A stretch of 64,000 bases of DNA from Thermoleophilaceae bacterium. GTDB lineage: Bacteria; Actinomycetota; Thermoleophilia; Solirubrobacterales; Thermoleophilaceae. A program made the position numbers and the translations under genes. Below are positions 25,989-34,798 of this stretch, piece after piece (position 1 is the first letter of the stretch; each line of letters begins with the position of its first letter). The notes below the pieces were generated by a model, which made no database searches, was not told the origin of the DNA, and saw only the letters and a program-made list of their open reading frames with translations. Location: positions 15,713 through 79,712 of the forward strand of contig DASVVS010000037.1 of the NCBI GenBank assembly GCA_036386455.1, written 5' to 3'.

Positions 25989-26891
25989 TCAGCGCAGGTC
26001 GAGCGGGGGCGGGTCGGCCACCGTCTCCACGCCTCCTGACGCCGCCTCGCGCAGGTCCTCGATCGTCAGGTCCTCGGGCTGCCTCACGACGGCGAGCCCG
26101 CGGCGCTCGAGCTCGCCCGCGACCTGGAGCTGGTGGTCGTCCACGTGCTCGCCGTGGCGTGCCAGGCGGGGCACGAGCAGTGGCCGGCGCCCGGCTTCCA
26201 GCGCCTCGAGCGCCGCGCCCACGCCGGCGTGCGTGACGACCGCGTCGGCCTCGCGGAACGCCGCGCGCAGCTCGGCCGGGGGGACCGGGTCGGCCGTCTG
26301 CCAGAGCAGGACCTCGGCATCGCCCCCGAGCACCTGCGCGAGCCGGTCCGCGAGGCGCGGAAAGGGGAAGATCGTGCCCACCGACAGCGCCACGCGCAGT
26401 GGCCGCCCGCTCGGCGGCTCACCCGGCAGGGCCGCGTACGAGTCCAGCACGGATCCGGCGTAGCTCCAGCGCCCTCGGGCCCAGCCGGGGTACTGCGTGT
26501 AGAGCCGCACGCCCGGCACGCGCTGCAGGGCGCGCCCGGTGACCGACGGCCCCACCGCACGCGCCAGCGATTCGACGTAGTGCGTCTCGCGGCGCAGGGC
26601 CGCCGCCTGGGGGAGGAAGGAGAGCGCTATCCCCGGCCCCGTGCTGATCACGCGCTCGTAGCCGCGGCGGCGCAGCAGGCGGATCGCGAGTGGGGTGTTG
26701 CGTGCGACCGCGCTGAAGTCACGCGGCTTCGTGTAGTGGGCGTGCACCACGTCGCGGCCCTCGAGCAGCTCGCGCGACTGCGGGGTGTCGAAGGTGACCC
26801 AGGTGGGCTCGTCGCCGAGATCGAGCCGCGGCGCGAGCCGCACCAGCTCCGACAGGTGACCGCCCGTGGCGGCGACGAGCAGCGTGCTCAC
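25989..26891 (-). CDS. Fused Alg14-like/Alg13-like (GT28 C-terminal domain) glycosyltransferase
   Basis: 300 aa from an internal GTG (GTGA overlap). The N-terminal half LLVAATGGHLSEL... is Alg14/PssD-like. The C-terminal half ...VVTHAGVGAALEALEAGRRPLLVPRLARHGEHVDDHQLQVAGELERRG is Alg13/PssE/MurG C-domain-like. Confidence 0.7.
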   Translation of the reverse strand: MSTLLVAATGGHLSELVRLAPRLDLGDEPTWVTFDTPQSRELLEGRDVVHAHYTKPRDFSAVARNTPLAIRLLRRRGYERVISTGPGIALSFLPQAAALRRETHYVESLARAVGPSVTGRALQRVPGVRLYTQYPGWARGRWSYAGSVLDSYAALPGEPPSGRPLRVALSVGTIFPFPRLADRLAQVLGGDAEVLLWQTADPVPPAELRAAFREADAVVTHAGVGAALEALEAGRRPLLVPRLARHGEHVDDHQLQVAGELERRGLAVVRQPEDLTIEDLREAASGGVETVADPPPLDLR

Positions 26892-27649
26892 GTCGCGCCG
26901 TCGAGCGCCGCGAGATCGTCGAGGCGCTTGAACGGGTGCACGAACAGACGCCCCGCCGCCCGCGCCTCGAGCGCCTCCGCGACGCTGAACTCCGGCACCC
27001 AGCGGACCGTGGCGTACAGGTCGCTCACGGCGTCCACGTCGACCACGCGGAAGCCCAGGTGGTGGGCCGCCGTGGGCACGAACAGCTCGAAGTAGCAGGG
27101 CGGCGGGTCCTCGAGCGCGGCGAGCGCGGCGAGCGCGTCGCGGCGCAGGAAGTACGCCGTCCCGAGGCTGCCGAACCGGACGTCGGGATCGTCGCGGCGC
27201 GAGATTCCCCTGAAGAACCGCGCCAGCGCCGGGTCGTCGCGATAGCGGAGGTGGTGCGACCAGTTGGTGTCGTTGCGCGGCGCCGCGCGCTTGGCGAGGA
27301 GGCCCGCGTCGTGGCGCTCGGCCAGGGCCAGCAGCGGCTTCTCGAACCCGGGGCCCAGGATGAGGTGGTCGAACTCGATCAGGTACACGAAGTCGATGCT
27401 CGGGTCCGGCTCCACGATCTCCTCGTGCAGCGTTCGCAGCGTCCCGTTCAGCGACTGGTCGAAGTGGTGGCCGCGGAGCGTAGGGTCCTCGATCCACAGG
27501 GCGTCGCCCTCCGGCAGATCCTCGAAGTCGGCCCGCCGGCCCCCGTGGCAGGCGACGAAGCGCGACCCGGGCGCGAGCGCGCGCAGGTAGTCGAGCTGGG
27601 CCGTGACCAGCGCGGCCGGCAGGTGCGTGCGGACCGCCGTGAGGATCAA
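26888..27649 (-). CDS. Hypothetical protein (no family recognised)
   Basis: 253 aa with good GC3 bias, translationally coupled on both sides (4-nt overlaps). No motif I can name. Confidence 0.55.
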   Translation of the reverse strand: MILTAVRTHLPAALVTAQLDYLRALAPGSRFVACHGGRRADFEDLPEGDALWIEDPTLRGHHFDQSLNGTLRTLHEEIVEPDPSIDFVYLIEFDHLILGPGFEKPLLALAERHDAGLLAKRAAPRNDTNWSHHLRYRDDPALARFFRGISRRDDPDVRFGSLGTAYFLRRDALAALAALEDPPPCYFELFVPTAAHHLGFRVVDVDAVSDLYATVRWVPEFSVAEALEARAAGRLFVHPFKRLDDLAALDGAT

Positions 27650-27921
27650 CGGACCCAGGGGCGCTCGGGCGCGGGGCAGGCGTCGAGCTCGGCGTGGCGC
27701 AGCTCGAGCGTGTCCTTCGCCGCGAACGCGACGTGAACGTCGGACTCGCGGGCGCCGATCAGCTTGACCTGCCCGCGCCAGACGACCGGCAGCGCCACGA
27801 ACAGCTCGCGGCCGCAGGTGGCGCAGCGGAGCGGGCGGCCGAAGGCGGCGAGCACGGCGCGGCGCGCCTCGTCGCGCAGGCGCCGGCGGACGCGCGGCAC
27901 GATCGCGCGCTCGGCGCTCAA
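27646..27921 (-). CDS. Small hypothetical protein (about 91 aa)
   Basis: TTG at 27921 (TTGA overlap with the upstream GT2 stop), in frame with ORF 27646..28329. Contains RCATCGRE (CxxC) and one further Cys. The start is uncertain. Confidence 0.4.
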   Translation of the reverse strand: MSAERAIVPRVRRRLRDEARRAVLAAFGRPLRCATCGRELFVALPVVWRGQVKLIGARESDVHVAFAAKDTLELRHAELDACPAPERPWVR

Positions 27922-29021
27922 GTGGGCGGCTCCCGCAGCGGCTCGATACTCAGCACGCGCAGGGCGAGCGCCTGCGTGCGGCTGCTCGCCAGGGCCTGGC
28001 CGGTGGGGCAGCGGGCCAGGTGCAGGAAGGCGCGCAGCGTGCCGCGGTCGCGCAGGTCCACGACGGCCGCGCCGAGAGCGACCGCGCCGGGCGCTCCCGG
28101 CAGCAGCGCCACCGACGGCCCTCCGCCGGGTGCCACGCGCGCGGCCAGCCGCCTGCCCTGGAACCGGCCCACGAGCAGCTGGGCAACGCCGATCGCGCGC
28201 TGCGGGTGCGCCAGCCGGGCCGCCAGCCGAGCGAGCGTCGGGGCTCGGCGGCGGCCGGCCTGGAGCTCTCCTCGCGCGCTGTCCCAGGCGACGACGCCCT
28301 CGTGCCGGCGCAGCAGCGCCGGCGTGCACCAGGGCCGGTCGCGGTAGGCGTCGAGCACGTGCTTGTGCGACCGGTGCATGGCCGGGGCATCGTCCGAGAC
28401 CTGCCCGGGGTGCATGTGGTAGAGCGCCGTCACCCGCGGTATCGCGACGGCCGACCCGTGCTCGAGCACTCGGATCCAGAGGTCGAGGTCGGCCGCGCGC
28501 TTCAGCGGGCGGAAGCCGCCGGCGTCGAGCACGACCGCGCGGCGCACCATCGACGTGCTCGACGACACCTTGGTCTCCGGCAGCGCGACTTCGGCCGGGC
28601 TCGAAAGGACGCGCGGGCGGCGCCCACGCCAGCCGTACACGCGGTGGTGATCCGGCTCGGAGCCCGTGCCGAGCACGGCGGTCCCCACGAGCACATGCCC
28701 GTCACGGGCGGACCAGAGCGTGTCCAGATGGTCCGGCAGCCACTCGTCGTCGCAGTCGAGCAGGGCGACCCAGTCCGTGCCGGCCGCCCGGATGCCGGTG
28801 TTGCGCGCGCCGCCCTCGCCGAGGTTGTGCTCGTGGGTGATCACGCGCGCCCCCAGCGCGGCCGCGCGCGGGCCGGTCTCGTCGCCGGACGCGTCGTCCA
28901 CCACGAGGATCTCGCACGGCCGCCGCCGCTGCGCGAGCACGCTGCGCACCGCTCGCTCGACCATGTCCGGTCGGCGGTAGGCCGGTATGACGACCGTGAC
29001 AGGCAGCGTTTCCGCTCGCAT
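27918..29021 (-). CDS. Glycosyltransferase family 2
   Basis: 367 aa. VTVVIPAYRRPDMVERAVRSVLAQ...ILVVDDASGDET...NLGEGGARNTG...LDCDDEW. Confidence 0.88.
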   Translation of the reverse strand: MRAETLPVTVVIPAYRRPDMVERAVRSVLAQRRRPCEILVVDDASGDETGPRAAALGARVITHEHNLGEGGARNTGIRAAGTDWVALLDCDDEWLPDHLDTLWSARDGHVLVGTAVLGTGSEPDHHRVYGWRGRRPRVLSSPAEVALPETKVSSSTSMVRRAVVLDAGGFRPLKRAADLDLWIRVLEHGSAVAIPRVTALYHMHPGQVSDDAPAMHRSHKHVLDAYRDRPWCTPALLRRHEGVVAWDSARGELQAGRRRAPTLARLAARLAHPQRAIGVAQLLVGRFQGRRLAARVAPGGGPSVALLPGAPGAVALGAAVVDLRDRGTLRAFLHLARCPTGQALASSRTQALALRVLSIEPLREPPT

Positions 29022-29066
29022 GACGCGGCCGTCAGGTTACGCGGCCGCGCGCCACTGCTGCTCTGC

Positions 29067-30602
29067 ATGGCCGCCAGCGCGGATGGCAGAATCACGCGCC
29101 GTGACGATCACCGGAGGTACGGCACGGCTCGGATAGCTCTGCGAGCGGGAGGGATCCCGCTCGCAGCGATCGTCACCGCGGCCGCGCTTCTGCGGTTCGT
29201 CACGTTGGACGCGCAGAGCTTCTCGGGCGACGAGCTGTTCAGCGCGTGGCTGATGGAGATGGGCTTCGGTGACATGCTCGACACGGTGCCCGAGTCGGAG
29301 GCCACGCCGCCGGTCTTCTACGTGCTCGAGTGGCTCGCGGTGCAGCTCTTCGGCACCGGCGAGGTGGGCATGCGGCTGCTGCCGGCCCTGTGCGGCGTGC
29401 TCACGGTCCCGGCGCTGTACCTCACGGGCGCGCTGGCTGCGTCGCGCCGGGTAGGACTCGCCGCCGCGGCGCTCGCGGCCGTGAACCCGCTGCTCGTCTG
29501 GTACTCACAGGAGGCGCGCGCGTACGCCCCGATGATCCTGCTCGTGGCGATCTCGCTCGCCTGCCTGGCCGCCGTGGCGAGGGGCGGCGGCCGGCGCTGG
29601 GCGGTTGGGTGGGCGGTGGCGAGCGCCGCCGCACTGGCCACGCACTACTTCGCGGCCTTCGTGGTGATGGCGGGGGCGCTGTGGCTGCTGCGCTCGCGCG
29701 CCCACGACCTGCGCACGCGGCTCGCCGCCGTGGCCGTGCCGTCCGCCGTGGGCCTCGCGCTCGTGCCGCTCGCGCTCCACCAGAGCGAGGCGGTTGGGGA
29801 CGAGGGGGCGGTCGGTCCCGGCAGCCTGCTCGAGCGGCTGGCCGCGATTCCGAAGTCCTTCCTCGTCGGCTACTCGCTGCCCGCGGAGGCGGTGGTCGTC
29901 ATCGCCGTGGCGCTTCTGGCGGCGGCGGCGCTGGTGCTGGCCGCGAGGTCGGAGGGCGACGAGCGCCGCACGGCGCGCCTCGCCGCCATCGCCGCCGCGT
30001 TCGGGATCCTCGTCCCGCTCGCGATCGCGCCGTTCGGGCTCGACTACCTGGCGAGCAAGAACGTGGTGGCCGCGATCGTCCCGAGCGTGATCGTGTTCGC
30101 ATGCGGGCTCGCCGCCGGGCGCCTGGGACTCGCCGCGCTCGCCGCCCTCGCCGCGCTGTCGGTCGCGACGGTGATCGGCGTCGCGGCGAACAAGGCCTAC
30201 CAGCGCGCCGACTACCGTGGCGCCGCCGCGGCCCTCGGCGAGCCGCGCGGCGAGCGCATGGTGATCTTCAACCCGGCATTCAGCAACCCCGGCCCGTTCG
30301 GCGTCTACTTCGGCAAGAGCGAGCCGGTGCGCCGGGACTACCCCGCGCTCGTGGAGGTCGCGGTCGTCGCGCTCAACCAGCAGGGCGGGTTCGGGCCGTC
30401 GCACCCGGAGCCGCCCACCGCTCCGGCGAAGCCTCCGCCCCCGGGCTTCCGGCTCGCCGAGGACCGCCGGACGGACAGCTACCGGCTCATCCGCTACACC
30501 GCTGCGCGCCCGACGCGGGTCGAGGACGGCCATCTCGGGCTCGTCTCCTTCCCCGGCCTCCCGCAGGCCACCGTCCTCCAGCGGGCGCGGACGGGAGGCT
30601 GA
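29067..30602 (+). CDS. Polytopic membrane protein, GT-C (ArnT/PMT_2-like) glycosyltransferase candidate
   Basis: 511 aa from the internal ATG 29067 of ORF 28020..30602. LRFVTLDAQSFSGDELFS...PPVFYVLEW...NPLLVWYSQEARAYAP resembles GT39/GT83-type N-terminal regions. About 10 TM helices plus a soluble tail. Confidence 0.65.
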   Translation: MAASADGRITRRDDHRRYGTARIALRAGGIPLAAIVTAAALLRFVTLDAQSFSGDELFSAWLMEMGFGDMLDTVPESEATPPVFYVLEWLAVQLFGTGEVGMRLLPALCGVLTVPALYLTGALAASRRVGLAAAALAAVNPLLVWYSQEARAYAPMILLVAISLACLAAVARGGGRRWAVGWAVASAAALATHYFAAFVVMAGALWLLRSRAHDLRTRLAAVAVPSAVGLALVPLALHQSEAVGDEGAVGPGSLLERLAAIPKSFLVGYSLPAEAVVVIAVALLAAAALVLAARSEGDERRTARLAAIAAAFGILVPLAIAPFGLDYLASKNVVAAIVPSVIVFACGLAAGRLGLAALAALAALSVATVIGVAANKAYQRADYRGAAAALGEPRGERMVIFNPAFSNPGPFGVYFGKSEPVRRDYPALVEVAVVALNQQGGFGPSHPEPPTAPAKPPPPGFRLAEDRRTDSYRLIRYTAARPTRVEDGHLGLVSFPGLPQATVLQRARTGG

Positions 30603-30607
30603 GGACC

Positions 30608-31864
30608 GTGCGGATCGCCTACATCTGCAGCCGCTACCCGTCGATCTCGCACGTCTTCATCCTGCGCGAGGTGCTCGCGCTGCGCGCCATCGGCGTGGAG
30701 ATCGACACGTTCACGGTCAGGCACTCCGGCGAGGAGGAGCTGCTCACCCAGACCGACCGCGACGAGGACGCGCGCACCTACACGATCGTGCCCGCGAGCC
30801 CGGCCGAGCTGCTCGCCGCGCACCTGGGGGCGCTCGTGCGCGGCCCGGGCCGCTACCTGGCGACGTTCGCGCTGGCGCTGAAGCTGCGCGGCCGCGGGGC
30901 CAAGGCGCTGCTGTGGCAGGTCTTTTACTTCGGCGAGGCCGCGGTCGTCTGGCGCCAGCTCCGCCGGCGCGGGATCAAGCACATCCACGCGCACCACGCG
31001 AACGTCGCCTCCGACGTCGCGCTGCTCGCCTCCCACCTCGGCGGCGACGGCTGGTCGTGGAGCTTCACGATGCACGGCAGCACCGAGTTCTTCGACGTGC
31101 GCGAGCACCGGCTGCCGCAGAAGGTCGAGCTGGCGGAGTTCGTCGCGTGCATCAGCAAGCACGGGCGCAGCCAGCTGATGAGCCTGGTGGACCCGGTGCA
31201 CTGGGAGAAGCTCCACGTCGTGCACTGCGGGATCGACCTGTCGCGCTTCCGCGCGAGGGACGGGGAGCGTGCGGCGCCGCCGCTCGAGGTCCTCACGGTC
31301 GGGCGGGTCGTGCCGGTGAAAGGCCAGTCGCTGCTCGTGGAGGCGGTCGCCGAGCTGGGCCGCCGCGGTGTGGACGTCCGGCTCACGATCGTCGGCGACG
31401 GCCCGCAGCTCCCCGCGCTGCGTCAGCTGGCTGACAGGCTCGGCGTGCAGGACCGGGTCGAGTTCCCCGGGGCGGTCGGCCAGGACCGCATCCGCGACTA
31501 CTACGACCGCGCGGACGTGTTCGCGCTGCCGAGCTTCGCCGAGGGCATCCCGGTCGTGCTCATCGAGGCGATGGCCACCGGCATACCGATCGTCGCATCC
31601 CGCATCACCGGCATTCCCGAGCTGGTCGAGGAGGGCGTCTCCGGCGTGCTCGTGACACCCGGTGACCCGGACGATCTGACCGGTGCGCTCGAGCGCGTCC
31701 TGCGCGAGCCGCCGGCCCGGCGCGCGGAGATGGGACGCGCCGGCCGCGCTACCGTGGAGGCGGAGTTCGACCTCGAGCAGACGGCGATCGAGCTCCGCGC
31801 GCTTTTCACGGAGCGGATTCCGTGCTATCAAGGAGATGGCGCGGGGGAGCGAGGCAAGGGTTAG
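30608..31864 (+). CDS. Glycosyltransferase family 4 (WcaL/EPS-type)
   Basis: 418 aa from the internal GTG 30608. VRIAYICSRYPSISHVFILREV...LTVGRVVPVKGQ...PSFAEGIPVVLIEAMATGIPIVASRITGIPELVEEGVSGVLV. Confidence 0.88.
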   Translation: MRIAYICSRYPSISHVFILREVLALRAIGVEIDTFTVRHSGEEELLTQTDRDEDARTYTIVPASPAELLAAHLGALVRGPGRYLATFALALKLRGRGAKALLWQVFYFGEAAVVWRQLRRRGIKHIHAHHANVASDVALLASHLGGDGWSWSFTMHGSTEFFDVREHRLPQKVELAEFVACISKHGRSQLMSLVDPVHWEKLHVVHCGIDLSRFRARDGERAAPPLEVLTVGRVVPVKGQSLLVEAVAELGRRGVDVRLTIVGDGPQLPALRQLADRLGVQDRVEFPGAVGQDRIRDYYDRADVFALPSFAEGIPVVLIEAMATGIPIVASRITGIPELVEEGVSGVLVTPGDPDDLTGALERVLREPPARRAEMGRAGRATVEAEFDLEQTAIELRALFTERIPCYQGDGAGERGKG

Positions 31865-32048
31865 GGTCTCCGCGCAGGCAAATACGGCGTTTCCTTTTCC
31901 AGGCAGAGGGGGAGAAGGTTTTGGAATCCGCAGGATGCGGTAGGGGGTCCGGTCTGGTACGGCGGGACCACCGTTCCGGCGAGGCACCGGGGGGCAAGGA
32001 GATGGTTGTGAGGCGTGCCGCCGCGCCTGCGGCGGCGAGGGGCTCGGG

Positions 32049-33662
32049 TTGACCGACCCCGTAACCACCGAGGGTCTGGAGATCCAGGACGACGTGCGCG
32101 AGTCGGACGACTCCGTGCCCGCCTACAGCGGCCCGAAGCTCGTCGACCAGAAGCCGGTCGCCCTCGGCTCCGGTCGCCCCGACACGGTCGACCCGCTCGA
32201 CTTCCCGCCCGTTCAGCGCGCGGTCCAAGAGCTCGCCGAGCTCGACGCCGAGGTGCGCACGCCGGCGCGGCCGATCCGCGAGGGCGACCGCACCCGCGAG
32301 GTGCTCGGCCGCGACGCGCTGGTCCGCCGCCTGCTCGCGGGGGCCGACGTGCTCGCCGCCGCGCTCGCCCTGAACGTCGCGATCCTCAGCGGCGGGGCGA
32401 GCCCCACGCTCGCGGTCGTCGTCGCGATCCTGATGGTGGTCCCGATCGGCAAGATCCTCGGCCTCTACGACCGCGACGAGCACGTCCTCCACAAGACGAC
32501 GCTCGACGAGGCCCCGACGCTGCTCCAGGTCGCGATGATCCACGCCGTCTCGGCGTGGCTGCTCGACGGCGTGCTCGCGAGCGGCGCGCTCGGCAAGCCG
32601 CAGGTCGTGCTCGCGTGGCTGCTGCTGTTCGTCTCGATGGGCACCTTCCGCACGATCGCGCGCCGGATCGGCCTCACGGCCGCACCCGCGGAGCGGCTGC
32701 TCGTGCTCGGCTCCAGCGACGAGGCCGACCGCATGCGCGAGAAGCTCGCCACGCTCAAGCCGCTGAAGGCCGAGGTCGTGGGCCGCGTGCCTGTCGCTCG
32801 CGAGCGCCGGGCCGAGCGCGGCGAGGACGTGCTCGGGATCATGGAGGACCTCGACTACGTCCTCGCGGTCAACCGCGTGGACCGCGTCGTGATCTGCCCG
32901 CACGGCGGCGACTCGCACGCCATGCTCGACACGATCCGCCTGGTCAAGGGGCTGGGCGTGAAGGTCAGCCTGATGCCGCGGCTGTTCGAGGTCGTCGGCA
33001 CCTCGGTCGAGTTCGACCAGCTCGGCGGGCTCACGCTGCTCGGCCTGCGCCGCTACGACCTGTCGAAGTCCTCGGCGATGCTCAAGCGCGTGTTCGACGT
33101 CGTCGGCGCGTCCACCGTGCTGGTGGTCCTGGCGCCGCTCTTCGCCACGATCGCGGTCGCCATCAAGCTGACCTCCCACGGGCCGGTCTTCTTCCGCCAG
33201 CGCCGGATCGGCCGCGGCGGCGAGGCGTTCGCGATGTTCAAGTTCCGCACGATGTACGACGGGGCGGACCGGCAGAAGGCCGAGCTCCGGCACCGCAACG
33301 AGGCGGACGGCTTCTTCAAGATCACCGACGACCCGCGCGTCACGTCGGTTGGGCGCTGGCTGCGTAAGGCGTCGCTCGACGAGCTCCCGCAGCTCCTCAA
33401 CGTGCTCCGCGGTGAGATGAGCCTCGTGGGCCCGCGGCCGCTGGTGGACGAGGAGGACTCGCGGATCGAGGGCTGGTTCCGCCGCCGGCTCGACATCACG
33501 CCCGGGATGACCGGTGCGTGGCAGGTGCTCGGCTCCTCGCGCATCCCGATGCGCGACATGGTCACGATCGACTACCTGTACCGCACCAACTGGTCGCTCT
33601 GGCTCGACCTGAAGATCCTGCTGCGCACCGTGCCGCACGTGCTGCTGCGCCGGGGCTGCTGA
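32049..33662 (+). CDS. Initiating polyprenyl-phosphate sugar phosphotransferase (WbaP/CpsE-type bacterial sugar transferase)
   Basis: 537 aa. N-terminal TM block plus a central domain. The C-terminal KRVFDVVGAS...LAPLFATIAVAIKLTSHGPVFFRQRRIGRGGEAFAMFKFRTM...SLDELPQLLNVLRGEMSLVGPRP is the PGT catalytic domain. TTG start. Confidence 0.92.
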   Translation: MTDPVTTEGLEIQDDVRESDDSVPAYSGPKLVDQKPVALGSGRPDTVDPLDFPPVQRAVQELAELDAEVRTPARPIREGDRTREVLGRDALVRRLLAGADVLAAALALNVAILSGGASPTLAVVVAILMVVPIGKILGLYDRDEHVLHKTTLDEAPTLLQVAMIHAVSAWLLDGVLASGALGKPQVVLAWLLLFVSMGTFRTIARRIGLTAAPAERLLVLGSSDEADRMREKLATLKPLKAEVVGRVPVARERRAERGEDVLGIMEDLDYVLAVNRVDRVVICPHGGDSHAMLDTIRLVKGLGVKVSLMPRLFEVVGTSVEFDQLGGLTLLGLRRYDLSKSSAMLKRVFDVVGASTVLVVLAPLFATIAVAIKLTSHGPVFFRQRRIGRGGEAFAMFKFRTMYDGADRQKAELRHRNEADGFFKITDDPRVTSVGRWLRKASLDELPQLLNVLRGEMSLVGPRPLVDEEDSRIEGWFRRRLDITPGMTGAWQVLGSSRIPMRDMVTIDYLYRTNWSLWLDLKILLRTVPHVLLRRGC

Positions 33663-33745
33663 CCTTCTCCCGCCGACCTCGCATTGCAACCGGTGCTGCA
33701 ACGACGGGGTGGGGGACGTGGCATGCTGATTCCGAGGAACGTGGC

Positions 33746-34798
33746 TTGAGCAACCCTCGAGAGCAACAGAGCGCGTCCGGCCGCGACGTCGAGGCGGCGG
33801 TGAGGGACATCCTGCGCGGCGCGGCGGAGCCCGGCGGCCGAGCGGCCCCGGAGGAGCGAGCGCGGCCCCAGGCCGCGCCGGCGCCCGGCTATGGCACGGC
33901 AGCTCCCGGCTACGCCGCGGCGTCCGGTTCCTCCGAGGCCACCGGCGGCAACGGGACCACGACGGCTCCCGGCGGCGGCGCCTCCGGCTCGACCCCGCGA
34001 CTCGCGGGTCCGCTCGAGGCCTTTCTGCGGCACCCGATCCTGACCCTGCTCCCGGTGATCCTGCTCGTCGGCGCGGCCATCCTGATCGGCACGCAGCGCG
34101 AAGCCGAGCACACCGCCGAGGCGCGCATCCAGGTCGGCCGCGACAACGTGCCGCCGTTCTACCTCCAGCAGGTCGTGAGCGGCAGCCAGGCGCTCGCCGC
34201 CACCTACGCGCGCGCCGTGTACGCCGAGCCGGTGATCCAGGCCGCTGCGCGCGGCGCCGGCGTGCCGGTCCAGGAGGTGCGCGGGAAGCTCGACGGGACT
34301 CAGGTCGGCGGCAGCACGCTCATCGAGATCGAGGCCCGTAGCGACTCGGAGCAGACCGCCATCCGGCTGGCCAACTCGGCGGCGACCGCGATGGTCGACT
34401 ACGTCGTCGACCTGACCCGGGACACCGACCAGTCGGCCCGGCTGTTCGATCAGTACCGGAAGGCCCAGCGGCGCTTCCACGCGGCCGACGCCCGCGTGCG
34501 CAGGCTGATTCCGCGCGAGCGCCGCCGGCCCGCGCAGCTGAGGCAGGCACGGCTCGACGCCGACGTGGCCAAGCTGCGCGCCGAGGATCTCGCCGCACGC
34601 TACCGCCAGAGCACCGCCGAGGTGATGACCGCCTCCGACCTCGAGGTGATCGCGCCCGCGGCGACCACGACGTCGGACCGCGAGGACACGCTGCAGACGC
34701 TGCTCGTGATCGGCGCGATCGCCGGGCTGGTGCTCGGTCTCGGACTCGCGCTCGTGCGCAGCAACTGGAGCCTGTTGCGCGCCGTCCGCCGAGGGTGA
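33746..34798 (+). CDS. Wzz-like polysaccharide chain-length determinant (PCP) protein, no kinase domain
   Basis: 350 aa from TTG 33746, preceded by GAGGAA (33734-33739). Low-complexity N-terminus, TM1 (ILTLLPVILLVGAAILIG), a helical extracytoplasmic region of about 200 aa, and C-terminal TM2 (LLVIGAIAGLVLGLGLALV). Confidence 0.65.
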   Translation: MSNPREQQSASGRDVEAAVRDILRGAAEPGGRAAPEERARPQAAPAPGYGTAAPGYAAASGSSEATGGNGTTTAPGGGASGSTPRLAGPLEAFLRHPILTLLPVILLVGAAILIGTQREAEHTAEARIQVGRDNVPPFYLQQVVSGSQALAATYARAVYAEPVIQAAARGAGVPVQEVRGKLDGTQVGGSTLIEIEARSDSEQTAIRLANSAATAMVDYVVDLTRDTDQSARLFDQYRKAQRRFHAADARVRRLIPRERRRPAQLRQARLDADVAKLRAEDLAARYRQSTAEVMTASDLEVIAPAATTTSDREDTLQTLLVIGAIAGLVLGLGLALVRSNWSLLRAVRRG

